The notes under the pieces: model-generated
Databases searched by the model: none
What the model saw: only the letters and a program-made list of their open reading frames with translations
Told to the model about the DNA's origin: nothing
Position numbers and translations under genes: made by a program
IMG/VR virus record: IMGVR_UViG_2563366891_000016
Length of the DNA: 40,687 bases
Strand: one strand, 5' to 3'
Source of the DNA: a virus
Lineage: Duplodnaviria; Heunggongvirae; Uroviricota; Caudoviricetes
In this document: piece after piece, positions 8,580 through 17,253 of the stretch
How the letters are laid out: every line of letters starts with the position of its first letter
Position numbering within the stretch: the first letter of the stretch is position 1

Positions 8580-9159
8580 CCACAGTTTTAAGGAGATAGC
8601 CGTGGGTAAGCATCACTGGAAAGTAGAAAAACAGCCTGAGTGGTACGTGAAAGCTGTCAGAAAAACTATCGCAACATTGCCGGGTGGTTACGCTGAAGCA
8701 GCTGACTGGCTGGATGTAACAGAGAACGCATTATTTAACCGCCTTCGTGCTGATGGCGATCAGATTTTCCCGCTGGGATGGGCAATGATTTTGCAACGTG
8801 CTGGTGGAACTCACTTCATTGCTGACGCTGTGGCGCAGTCTGCAAATGGCGTCTTTGTGTCTCTTCCTGACGTCGAGGATGTGGACAACGCCGATATAAA
8901 CCAGCGCCTGCTGGAAGTCATCGAACAGATCGGGAGTTACTCAAAGCAGATTCGTTCGGCAATCGAAGATGGGGTAGTGGAGCCACACGAGCAGACAGCA
9001 ATTAATGATGAGTTGTATCTGTCAATTTCGAAGCTCCAGGAGCATGCAGCACTGGTCTACAAAATCTTTTGCGCTCCAGAAAAGAGTAACGCCCGCGAGT
9101 GTGCAGCTCCGGGCGTCGTGGCGTCGATTGCTTCTGGTTGTGGAGAAACTAACGCATGA
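8569..9159 (+). CDS. CII-like (CP76-type) regulatory protein
   Basis: Second gene of the rightward early operon, about 190 aa; family assigned from recalled resemblance only. Confidence 0.4.
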   Translation: MESNHSFKEIAVGKHHWKVEKQPEWYVKAVRKTIATLPGGYAEAADWLDVTENALFNRLRADGDQIFPLGWAMILQRAGGTHFIADAVAQSANGVFVSLPDVEDVDNADINQRLLEVIEQIGSYSKQIRSAIEDGVVEPHEQTAINDELYLSISKLQEHAALVYKIFCAPEKSNARECAAPGVVASIASGCGETNA

Positions 9160-9494
9160 ACAGTTTAACAACACACTACCGTCGCTCGCAACTGATTGCG
9201 CTTCCTGTACCGGGTGGAAAAGCGAAGGTGGAGTATTGCTATGCAGTGAATGTACCAGGTGACAGGGAAATTGTAACCCACAGATTTGCAGAGTGGGCTG
9301 TGGGTGATTTCAACCGGCAGAAGGAGACAGTCCTTTGCAACAAGTTAACCGCTGGTTCAAAGATCACTACGGAGTGCCCGTCAGAGTCATTCGTTGGGAA
9401 CCGGAAACACAACGGGTTATCTACCTCCGCGAAGGCTATGAGCATGAGTGCTTCAGTCCGCTCGAACAGTTTCGTCGTAAATTCAGGGAAATAG
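9156..9494 (+). CDS. Hypothetical protein; only the N-terminal ~60 codons look protein-like
   Basis: ATG ORF whose distal part is serine-rich low-complexity sequence and overlaps the 9335 ORF out of frame. Confidence 0.3.
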   Translation: MNSLTTHYRRSQLIALPVPGGKAKVEYCYAVNVPGDREIVTHRFAEWAVGDFNRQKETVLCNKLTAGSKITTECPSESFVGNRKHNGLSTSAKAMSMSASVRSNSFVVNSGK

Positions 9495-9547
9495 AGGTCG
9501 GTCATGAGCCTGTTAATGACATCCCAGCCCATTGTGATAAATCGTGA
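9335..9547 (+). CDS. Hypothetical protein with TTG start (70 aa)
   Basis: TTG at 9335 with AAGGAG 8 nt upstream; well-composed translation ([34 protein letters not shown]). Confidence 0.4.
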   Translation: MQQVNRWFKDHYGVPVRVIRWEPETQRVIYLREGYEHECFSPLEQFRRKFREIEVGHEPVNDIPAHCDKS

Positions 9548-10496
9548 TCTTGCATGCCGTATTGGTCTGAATGAGGCAATTGTGTTGCAGCAGCTTCATT
9601 ACTGGCTGAATGAAACGAATTCAGGCACTGAGCATGGCGGAATTCGCTGGGTTTATAACACGACAGAACAGTGGCTGGAGCAGTTTCCGTTCTGGTCAGA
9701 GTCCACTCTGAAACGCACATTTGCAAGCCTGAAATCACTTGGGGTTTTGCGTCGCGAGCAACTCAATAAATCGAAGCGTGACATGACCAACTTCTACACG
9801 ATCAACTATGAAAGTGAGCTTTTAGAAGAGGTCAAAGTGAACGAATCCATCAGGTCAAAATGCACTTCTCCATTGGGTCAAAGTGACCTGATGGATGGGC
9901 GCAAAATGACACGATCCATAGGTTCAAAACGACACGCTGTCATCGGGTCAAAATGGCCCAATGATCTTACAGAGAATACAACAGAGATTACTACAGAGAA
10001 TAAAACATCTTCTCGTCCGGACGCTTCGCAACCGGACACGCAAACGGCCGAACAGGAGTTTTTAACTCGCCATCCTGATGCGGTTGTATTCAGTCCTAAA
10101 AAGCGCCAGTGGGGAACGCAGGATGATTTGACCTGTGCACAGTGGCTCTGGAAAAAAATCATCGCCCTGTACGAGCAGGCCGCCGAATGTGACGGCGAAG
10201 TGGTTCGTCCCAAAGAACCGAACTGGACAGCCTGGGCAAACGAAATTCGCCTGATGTGTGTACAGGATGGGCGTACTCACAAACAAATCTGCGAGATGTA
10301 CAGCCGCGTCAGCCGCGATCCGTTCTGGTGCCGTAACGTGCTCAGCCCGTCGAAGCTGCGGGAAAAATGGGATGAGCTTTCCCTGCGCTTATCGCCGTCC
10401 GTCAGCACGTACACCGAAAAACGCGAAGACCCGTACTTCAAAGCCAGTTACGACAACGTGGACTACAGCCAGATCCCGGCAGGATTCAGGGGGTGA
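9504..10496 (+). CDS. Replication initiator (lambda O-like; HTH N-terminus, DnaT-like C-terminus)
   Basis: Sits in the O position after the cII-like gene; N-terminal HTH region; direct iterons and an AT-rich repeat lie inside the coding sequence, as in lambda O/ori. Confidence 0.6.
   Translation: MSLLMTSQPIVINRDLACRIGLNEAIVLQQLHYWLNETNSGTEHGGIRWVYNTTEQWLEQFPFWSESTLKRTFASLKSLGVLRREQLNKSKRDMTNFYTINYESELLEEVKVNESIRSKCTSPLGQSDLMDGRKMTRSIGSKRHAVIGSKWPNDLTENTTEITTENKTSSRPDASQPDTQTAEQEFLTRHPDAVVFSPKKRQWGTQDDLTCAQWLWKKIIALYEQAAECDGEVVRPKEPNWTAWANEIRLMCVQDGRTHKQICEMYSRVSRDPFWCRNVLSPSKLREKWDELSLRLSPSVSTYTEKREDPYFKASYDNVDYSQIPAGFRG
9852..10000. repeat. Putative origin of replication: iterons plus adjacent ACAGAGA-repeat block
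   Basis: Four copies of GGTCAAA(A/G)(T/C)G(A/C)C at about 9852, 9876, 9922 and 9946, then three ACAGAGA(A/T)T repeats at 9969-9997. Confidence 0.55.
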
Positions 10497-10498
10497 TC

Positions 10499-10987
10499 AT
10501 GAGTCTTTTGAATGACGTTCAGAAATTCATTGAAGCCCATCCGGGGTGTACTTCCGGAGACATTGCGGATGCTTTTGCAGGTTACTCACGGCAGCGCGTT
10601 CTGCAGTCAGCAAGCAAGTTACGTCAGAGTGGGCGTGTGGCTCACCGTTGTGAAGGAGATACACGCAGACATTTCCCACGCCTTACTGAGAGAGCGCAGG
10701 AGCCGGAACCACAACCAGTTCGTGAAACCAGACCTGTGCGCAATTTCTATGTCGGCACTAACGATCCCCGGGTGATTTTGTGCCTGACCCGCCAGGCGGA
10801 AGAACTGGAGTCAAGGGGCTTATACCGTCGTGCTGCAACCGTGTGGATGGCGGCATTCCGTGAAAGCCACTCCCAGCCAGAACGAAACAATTTTCTGGCA
10901 CGTCGTGAGCGGTGCTTACGGAAAAGCAGCAAGCGCGCTGCATCGGGTGAAGAGTGGTATCTGTCAGGGAATTACGTGGGGGCTTAA
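10499..10987 (+). CDS. PerC/ANR-family regulator-like protein
   Basis: Motif EELESRGLYRRAATVWMAAF resembles the recalled PerC signature; start coupled to the O stop; stop overlaps the dam start (TAATG). Confidence 0.4.
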   Translation: MSLLNDVQKFIEAHPGCTSGDIADAFAGYSRQRVLQSASKLRQSGRVAHRCEGDTRRHFPRLTERAQEPEPQPVRETRPVRNFYVGTNDPRVILCLTRQAEELESRGLYRRAATVWMAAFRESHSQPERNNFLARRERCLRKSSKRAASGEEWYLSGNYVGA

Positions 10988-11640
10988 TGAGTAATAAATA
11001 TTGCCGGGCGCTGGTGGAACTGCGGAACAAACCAGCCCATGAACTGAAGGAAGTGGGCGATCAGTGGCGCACGCCGGATAACATTTTCTGGGGAATTAAC
11101 ACCCTGTTTGGCCCGTTTGTCCTGGATCTGTTTACTGACGGTGATAACGCCAAATGTACCGCGTATTACACGGCGGAAGACAACGCGCTGGCGCATGACT
11201 GGTCAGAACGTCTTGCGGAGCTTAAAGGTGCTGCCTTTGGTAATCCCCCATACAGCCGCGCCAGTCAGCATGAGGGGCAATACATCACCGGCATGCGTTA
11301 CATCATGAAACATGCCAGTGCCATGCGTGATAAAGGCGGGCGCTATGTTTTCCTGATCAAAGCTGCCACCAGCGAAGTGTGGTGGCCGGAAGATGCAGAT
11401 CATATTGCTTTTATTCGCGGGCGTATTGGTTTTGAACTGCCTGCCTGGTTTATCCCGAAAGATGAGAAGCAGGTGCCGACAGGCGCTTTCTTCGCTGGTG
11501 CTATTGCTGTTTTCGACAAGACCTGGAAGGGACCGGCAATCAGCTACATCGGGCGCGATGAACTTGAGGCATGTGGTGAGGCGTTTCTGGCGCAGGTTCG
11601 CCAGCAGGCGGAAAAACTGGTCAGGGAGATGGCGGCATGA
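10987..11640 (+). CDS. Phage DNA N6-adenine methyltransferase (Dam-like)
   Basis: GNPPY catalytic motif; ATG overlaps the upstream stop. Confidence 0.7.
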   Translation: MSNKYCRALVELRNKPAHELKEVGDQWRTPDNIFWGINTLFGPFVLDLFTDGDNAKCTAYYTAEDNALAHDWSERLAELKGAAFGNPPYSRASQHEGQYITGMRYIMKHASAMRDKGGRYVFLIKAATSEVWWPEDADHIAFIRGRIGFELPAWFIPKDEKQVPTGAFFAGAIAVFDKTWKGPAISYIGRDELEACGEAFLAQVRQQAEKLVREMAA

Positions 11641-11963
11641 CGACGTTAACTCAATGCCAGCAGCAGGTGCTGGATATGCTGATTTCTTACCAGAAAGAAC
11701 GTGGCTTCCCGCCAACCAATCAGGAGGTGGCAACCATGCTGGGATACCGTTCAGTGAATGCAGCGGTGGAGCATCTTCGCGCACTGGAGAAAAAAGGCGT
11801 CATCACGATAAAGCGTGGCGTGGCCCGGGGGATAACGCTTCATACTGCGATGAAGGACGACGACAGCGAGGCGGTCGGGATTATCCGCTCACTGCTTGCC
11901 GGTGAGGAAAACGCCAGGCTGCGTGCAACCCACTGGTTACATGAGAGGGGCCTGAAAGTATGA
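11637..11963 (+). CDS. LexA-like N-terminal DNA-binding-domain protein (no peptidase domain)
   Basis: 108-aa protein; LTQCQQQVLDMLISYQKERGFPPTNQEVATMLGYRSVNAAVEHLRALEKKGVI resembles the LexA winged-helix DNA-binding domain. Confidence 0.55.
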   Translation: MTTLTQCQQQVLDMLISYQKERGFPPTNQEVATMLGYRSVNAAVEHLRALEKKGVITIKRGVARGITLHTAMKDDDSEAVGIIRSLLAGEENARLRATHWLHERGLKV

Positions 11964-12349
11964 AGCTGATCCTTCCTTTCCCGCCCAGTGTGAACACGTA
12001 CTGGCGACACCCCAACAAAGGGGCATTTGCTGGTAAGAGCCTGATAAGCGAGGCGGGGCGAAAATTTCAGAGCGCGGCGTGCGCAGCAATAGTTGAGCAG
12101 TTACGTCGTCTGCCGAAATCAACGTCGGCACCTGCTTCAGTGGAGATCGTGTTGTTTCCTCCGGATAACCGGATCCGCGATCTGGACAACTATAACAAGG
12201 CGCTGTTTGACGCCCTGACCCACGCGGGTGTGTGGGAAGACGACAGACAGGTGAAAAGAATGCTGGTGGAGTGGGGACCGGTTATCCCGAAAGGGAAGGT
12301 CGAGATCACTATCAGTAAGTATGAGAAACCGGCGGGTGCAGCCGCCTGA
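11960..12349 (+). CDS. rusA: RusA Holliday junction resolvase
   Basis: 129-aa protein with PFPPSVNTYW and DLDNYNKALFDAL motifs. Confidence 0.8.
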   Translation: MKLILPFPPSVNTYWRHPNKGAFAGKSLISEAGRKFQSAACAAIVEQLRRLPKSTSAPASVEIVLFPPDNRIRDLDNYNKALFDALTHAGVWEDDRQVKRMLVEWGPVIPKGKVEITISKYEKPAGAAA

Positions 12350-12368
12350 TTAAGAGGAGAAACGAAGT

Positions 12369-13178
12369 ATGAATAATCTGATGGTCATTGATGGTATTGA
12401 AGTTCGTCGTGATGCTTATGGGCGTTACAGCCTGAATGATCTGCATCGCGCAGCAGTAGCATCTGGTGCAAATGCCAGAACCAAGGAGCCAGGAAAGTTT
12501 CTTTCCAGCCAACAAACTGTTGAGCTTGTTCATGAATTGACCAACACCCAGAATTTGGGTGTTGGCCCGGTGAGTGTGATTCATGGGGGAAATGAACGGG
12601 GAACGTATGTCTGCAAGGAACTGGTGTATGCCTATGCAATGTGGATCAGCCCGTCATTCCATCTGAAGGTGATCCGTACTTTCGATATGGTAACCAGCGC
12701 ACCGGAAAAATTATCCGGACAGGCTGCTGACAAGATGCAGGCTGGTGTGATCCTGCTGGACTTTATGCGCCGGGAATTAAACCTGTCTAACTCATCAGTG
12801 CTTGGTGCCTGTCAGAAACTCCAGGAGGCTGTTGGCTTACCGAATCTGGCACCGCGCTATGCCATTGATGCTCCTGCTGATGCACACGATGGCTCAAGCC
12901 GCCCCACGCTGTCACTGAGTGCACTGCTGAAGCAGTATGGTATCCGCCTGACAGCTAATCAGGCATATCACCAGATGGCGAAGCTGGGGATCGTTGAACA
13001 ACGCGAACGATACAGCCGTACCGCGATTAACAACATCAAAAAATTCTGGTCGCTGACCGCGAAAGGCTGCATGTTCGGCAAGAACATCACCAGTCCTGCA
13101 AATCCGCGCGAGACGCAGCCGCATTTCTTCGAATCCCGATTCCCTGAGCTGTTAAAGCTGCTCGATACCGTTCATTGA
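12369..13178 (+). CDS. KilA-N domain protein (putative antirepressor-like)
   Basis: N-terminal IDGIEVRRDAYGRYSLNDLHRAA is a KilA-N-like signature; strong RBS aagaggag. Confidence 0.55.
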   Translation: MNNLMVIDGIEVRRDAYGRYSLNDLHRAAVASGANARTKEPGKFLSSQQTVELVHELTNTQNLGVGPVSVIHGGNERGTYVCKELVYAYAMWISPSFHLKVIRTFDMVTSAPEKLSGQAADKMQAGVILLDFMRRELNLSNSSVLGACQKLQEAVGLPNLAPRYAIDAPADAHDGSSRPTLSLSALLKQYGIRLTANQAYHQMAKLGIVEQRERYSRTAINNIKKFWSLTAKGCMFGKNITSPANPRETQPHFFESRFPELLKLLDTVH

Positions 13179-13179
13179 G

Positions 13180-14175
13180 GTGACCGTGAGAGCACTACTG
13201 ACCCCTGAAATTGCCCCGCGTATGGGGATCGTATTGTTCAGACCAGGTTCAGAGCTGATGCCCTTGTTTATGCAGGGGCGTGTCCTGCTGGAGCCTGAGC
13301 CGGAACGTTATTCATCTTTCGCCAGTGGTGCCGTTCCGGCGGCATCACAACCGCTGGCGGATGATCCTGCCGTTCGGGCCGTGTTCCGCAATGAGGCAGT
13401 GATCCGTCGTGCTGGTGGCGTGGAATGTCTTGAAAGCTGGTTACTTCGTGAAAAAGGCTGCCAGTGGCCTCATTCCGACTGGCACAGCGAGAACATGACA
13501 ACAATGCGACACGCTCCGGGCGCAATCCGTCTGTGCTGGCACTGCGATAACCAGCTGCGCGATCAGTTCACGGAACGGCTGGAATCAATGGCAACGGATA
13601 ACTGTGCCCGCTGGGTGTTGTCTGTTGTGCGTCGGGATCTCGGTTTTGATGACAGTCATGTTGTGACAATGCCGGAACTGTGCTGGTGGCTGATTCGTAA
13701 TGATCTGGCGGATGCCTTACCGGAAAGTGCAGCCCGTAAGGCACTGAGATTACCGAAGCCTGTTGTGCCGTCTGTTACCCGGGAAAGTGACCTTGTGCCT
13801 TCGGTTCCTGCCACCAGCATCATCCAGGATAAGGCGAAAAAGGTGCTGGCGCTGAAAGTGGATCCGGAGTCGCCGGAGTCTTTTATGTTACGCCCAAAAC
13901 GTCGCCGCTGGGTTAATGAAAAGTACACGCGCTGGGTTAAGACACAGCCGTGTGCATGTTGTGGAAAGCCTGCTGATGATCCCCACCACCTGATAGGTCA
14001 CGGTCAGGGGGGAATGGGTACAAAAGCGCATGACCTCTTTGTGTTGCCTTTGTGCAGAAAGCATCACGACGAGCTGCATGCGGATACCGTGGCATTTGAA
14101 GAGAAGTATGGCTCCCAGTTGGAGCTGATATTTCGTTTTATCGATCGTGCGCTGGCAACAGGCGTACTGGCGTAA
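13180..14175 (+). CDS. DUF968-like prophage protein with C-terminal Cys/His-rich motif
   Basis: C-terminal CACCGKPADDPHHLIGHG...LCRKHHDELH; in the nin-region position before Q; start codon uncertain. Confidence 0.4.
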   Translation: MTVRALLTPEIAPRMGIVLFRPGSELMPLFMQGRVLLEPEPERYSSFASGAVPAASQPLADDPAVRAVFRNEAVIRRAGGVECLESWLLREKGCQWPHSDWHSENMTTMRHAPGAIRLCWHCDNQLRDQFTERLESMATDNCARWVLSVVRRDLGFDDSHVVTMPELCWWLIRNDLADALPESAARKALRLPKPVVPSVTRESDLVPSVPATSIIQDKAKKVLALKVDPESPESFMLRPKRRRWVNEKYTRWVKTQPCACCGKPADDPHHLIGHGQGGMGTKAHDLFVLPLCRKHHDELHADTVAFEEKYGSQLELIFRFIDRALATGVLA

Positions 14176-14188
14176 GTGGAGAACGAGC

Positions 14189-14941
14189 ATGAACCTTGAA
14201 GCCTTACCGAAATATTACTCCCCGAAATCTCCAAAACTGAGCGATGATGCACCGGCGACAGGCTCTGGTGGTTTAACAATTACGGATGTGATGGCTGCGC
14301 AGGGGATGGTGCAGTCGAAAGCACCGCTTGGGTTTGCCTTATTCCTGGCAAAAGTTGGTGTTCAGGATCCTCAGTTTGCGATTGAAGGTCTGCTCAATTA
14401 CGCGATGGCACTGGATAACCCGACATTGAATAAATTGAGTGAAGAAACCCGGCTACAGATCATTCCTTACCTTGTGAATTTTGCCTTTGCTGATTATTCC
14501 AGGTCTGCGGCAAGTAAGGCTCGCTGTGAGCATTGTGCAGGTACGGGATTTCATAATGTATTGCGCGAAGTGGTGAAACACTCCAGAAGCGGGGAGTCTG
14601 TTATCAAGGAAGAGTGGGTGAAGGAACTATGTCAGCATTGTCATGGTAAGGGAGAAGTCAGCACAGCGTGCAGAGGGTGTAAGGGTAAAGGTATTGTCCT
14701 GGATGAAAAAAGGACCCGGCTTCATGGCACGCCTGTTTATAAGATTTGTGGGCGTTGCAATGGAAACCGGTTTAGCCGTTTACCAACCACACTGGCGCGG
14801 TGTCATGTCCAGAAGCTGGTACCAGCCCTGACTGATTATCAGTGGTACAAAGGATATGCAGATGTCATTGATAAACTGGTGACAAAGTGCTGGCAGGAAG
14901 AAGCATATGCTGAGGCGCAATTAAGAAAAGTGACGAGATAA
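14189..14941 (+). CDS. Late antitermination protein Q-like (zinc-finger repeats)
   Basis: Last early gene, directly upstream of a promoter-plus-terminator leader and the lysis cassette; repeated CxxCxGxG motifs; ATG at 14189 with ggag RBS. Confidence 0.55.
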   Translation: MNLEALPKYYSPKSPKLSDDAPATGSGGLTITDVMAAQGMVQSKAPLGFALFLAKVGVQDPQFAIEGLLNYAMALDNPTLNKLSEETRLQIIPYLVNFAFADYSRSAASKARCEHCAGTGFHNVLREVVKHSRSGESVIKEEWVKELCQHCHGKGEVSTACRGCKGKGIVLDEKRTRLHGTPVYKICGRCNGNRFSRLPTTLARCHVQKLVPALTDYQWYKGYADVIDKLVTKCWQEEAYAEAQLRKVTR

Positions 14942-14972
14942 ATGATTTTCGCCGAAGATAGCGACATGATTC

Positions 14973-15001
14973 TTGCATTTTTCAAAAAATCTGGTTAGGA
15001 T
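14973..15001 (+). promoter_or_regulatory. Putative late promoter PR' (-35 TTGCAT, 17-bp spacer, -10 TAGGAT)
   Basis: Located just after the Q stop and before the tR'-like terminator. Confidence 0.4.
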
Positions 15002-15047
15002 TCTCCTAACGATGGGCTTTGTGTGTCTACCGTTGATAATCTTCAAG

Positions 15048-15071
15048 AAACCGCCACCGAGCGGTTTTTTA
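15048..15071 (+). terminator. tR'-like intrinsic terminator
   Basis: Stem aaaccgc/gcggttt with 6-nt loop, followed by a T-run. Confidence 0.65.
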
Positions 15072-15229
15072 TTGATGTCAATTGTGTTTTTAAGGCTCTC
15101 CTTCCTTAAAGTGTGTTGTACAAAAAACTGGCAGCCAGCTACGCTCATTTTGAAAAAGTGACACCCTTCAATGTTTCTTTTGAATGGAATTGCTACCCAT
15201 AAATCTCTATCAAAAACAGGAGAGCATAT

Positions 15230-15472
15230 ATGGTGGAGCGTTGTTCTGTTTGTGAGCAGTCATTAAGTTATTCACGAGAAGTTGAACAAGATGGCGTTGA
15301 ATATAAATCTTGCCCAAAATGTTCTGCTGATGCCGGAGTGCACGTTTTTTATAAAACAATAGACTTTGGTTATAGGGATATGGGAGACGGAAGGCATATC
15401 GTTCAGTCATGGTGTCCGGCTTGTCGTTCTGGTGAAAAACCTTCTATACCACCAGCATTTAAATGTTGTTAA
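15230..15472 (+). CDS. Small zinc-ribbon protein (80 aa)
   Basis: ATG with AGGAG 7 nt upstream; Cys pairs CSVCEQ, CPKC, CPAC and a C-terminal CC; flanked by tR' upstream and its own terminator downstream. Confidence 0.5.
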   Translation: MVERCSVCEQSLSYSREVEQDGVEYKSCPKCSADAGVHVFYKTIDFGYRDMGDGRHIVQSWCPACRSGEKPSIPPAFKCC

Positions 15473-15491
15473 CTCAATGAATTATAAAAAG

Positions 15492-15516
15492 AGGCTGCCT
15501 GTGGGCGGCCTTTTTT
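15492..15516 (+). terminator. Intrinsic terminator
   Basis: Stem aggctgcc/ggcggcct (one mismatch) followed by a run of 6 T. Confidence 0.55.
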
Positions 15517-15603
15517 GTGCACTACGCAACTTTTGCGACTCAGCGCTATAACCAGCTTCTTTCCCTTCACTCGTTGCACTTCCGATAACCGGAGGTGGGA
15601 ATT

Positions 15604-15945
15604 ATGAAAATGCATAACGATCCTCATTCCTGGTCTGACTTACTTGAATTATTACAGAGCTGGTGGCGTGGAGACACACCGCTGGGCGCAGTAATTATGT
15701 CGATCGTTATGGCTGGCTTGCGCATTGCCTATTTTGGCGGTGGTGGTGGCTGGAAGCGAAAAACGCTCGAGATTTTGCTCTGCGGCGCTCTGACGCTGAC
15801 TTTTGCATCCGCTCTTGAGTATGTCGGATGGCCTAAATCGCTTTCTGTTGCCATTGGTGGTGGCGTTGGGTTGATCGGTGTCGATGCTATTCGTGGGGCT
15901 GCAATGAGAGTAATCGGTAACAAGTTTGGTGGCTCTAAGGAGTAA
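15604..15945 (+). CDS. S: Holin (lambda S-like, dual-start MKM)
   Basis: GGAGG RBS 8 nt before ATG 15604, second Met two codons later; hydrophobic segments and a charged C-terminus; directly precedes the endolysin. Confidence 0.7.
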   Translation: MKMHNDPHSWSDLLELLQSWWRGDTPLGAVIMSIVMAGLRIAYFGGGGGWKRKTLEILLCGALTLTFASALEYVGWPKSLSVAIGGGVGLIGVDAIRGAAMRVIGNKFGGSKE

Positions 15946-15948
15946 TTT

Positions 15949-16425
15949 ATGCAGGTACTAAATTCCCAGCGTAAAGCTTTCCTTGATATGGTGGCTTGGT
16001 CAGAAGGAACGGATAACGGACGACAACCGACACGTAACCACGGTTATGACGTTATTGTCGGTGGTGAACTCTTCACTGATTACTCCGATCACCCTCGCAA
16101 ACTTGTCACGCTAAACCCCAAACTCAAATCAACAGCCGCCGGACGTTACCAGTTTCTTTCACGCTGGTGGGATGCTTACCGTAAACAGCTTGGCCTGAAA
16201 GATTTTTCTCCAGAAAGCCAGGACGCTGTAGCTCTGCAGCAGATTAAAGAGCGTGGCGCTTTACCGATGATTGATCGCGGTGATATCCGTCAGGCAATCG
16301 ACCGTTGCAGCAATATCTGGGCTTCACTGCCGGGCGCTGGTTACGGTCAGTATGAACATAAAATCGGTGACCTGATTGCCCGGTTTAAAGAGGCTGGTGG
16401 GGTGGTAAATGAAGTTGAGCTATAA
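15949..16425 (+). CDS. R: Endolysin, lambda R-like lytic transglycosylase (158 aa)
   Basis: Near-identical in length and sequence to recalled lambda R (QRKAFLDM.AWSEGTDNGRQ.TRNHGYDVIVGGELFTDYSDHPRKLVTLNPKLKSTGAGRYQ). Confidence 0.85.
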   Translation: MQVLNSQRKAFLDMVAWSEGTDNGRQPTRNHGYDVIVGGELFTDYSDHPRKLVTLNPKLKSTAAGRYQFLSRWWDAYRKQLGLKDFSPESQDAVALQQIKERGALPMIDRGDIRQAIDRCSNIWASLPGAGYGQYEHKIGDLIARFKEAGGVVNEVEL

Positions 16426-16801
16426 GCTGGTTATCGCTGCTTTCTTCGTTACTGTCATTGGTTCTTTCATCTGGTCAGCCAACCACTACTACAACAAATA
16501 TCAGTACGAAAAGAAACGTGCTGATGAGGCTGTACGAAATGCTGAATCAGCAACAGCCATTACCAATAACGTCCTGCAATCACTACAAATCGTCAATACA
16601 GTTCTGGAGGCTAACCAGCATGCAAAACAGCAGATCGCACTGGAGTCACAGAGAACCCAGGAAGATATCAAAGTGGCTGTTGCGGATGATGATTGTGCTT
16701 CACGTACTGTGCCTGCTGCCGCTGCTGACCGGTTGCGGAAGTACGCGGACAGTTTACGTGCAGGTTCCAACGATGCCGTTACCGGCGAACCTGCTCGCTG
16801 A
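16409..16801 (+). CDS. Rz: Rz-like i-spanin
   Basis: N-terminal TM segment followed by a coiled-coil-like periplasmic region; immediately after R. Confidence 0.65.
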   Translation: MKLSYKLVIAAFFVTVIGSFIWSANHYYNKYQYEKKRADEAVRNAESATAITNNVLQSLQIVNTVLEANQHAKQQIALESQRTQEDIKVAVADDDCASRTVPAAAADRLRKYADSLRAGSNDAVTGEPAR

Positions 16802-16961
16802 AACTCCACAGCCAGTTATCCCCAATCCTCTGACTTATGGAGGTAGTCTGGATTTAAATGTCAGTTTATTGTCGGCATTATGGCAGTGCAATTTGGATAA
16901 AGCGGGGATTAGAAAGATAGAGGCGAGCCGGTCAGGTAGAAGTGAATCAGGCTCAAAGTGA
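16686..16961 (+). CDS. Rz1: Rz1-like o-spanin lipoprotein, overlapping Rz in the +1 frame
   Basis: Signal peptide with lipobox LLTGC, proline-rich mature part; begins inside Rz and extends 160 bp beyond its stop. Confidence 0.6.
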   Translation: MMIVLHVLCLLPLLTGCGSTRTVYVQVPTMPLPANLLAETPQPVIPNPLTYGGSLDLNVSLLSALWQCNLDKAGIRKIEASRSGRSESGSK

Positions 16962-17253
16962 AGCGGAAAAGCTCTTCGGCATAAGGTGACATAATAATAA
17001 TTACAGTCAACTGACTTTTGGAACGAAACATGTTTAACCTCCTTAATTGATGTTATTCGAGTGATGAAGGCATTCTGTCCTTCTGTAGTGTCCAGTAAAT
17101 CAAACAGGAAACTTGTCCAACGTGTTGGACAAGCCTCTCCATTAGTGAGTTGTATTGATCACAACTCTACAAAGAATTCATTACTGGGTAGATGAAAATA
17201 GTTTCACGATGAATGGAGGAGGCTATGTCGGTGGCTTCTTCATTGGAGTACAT

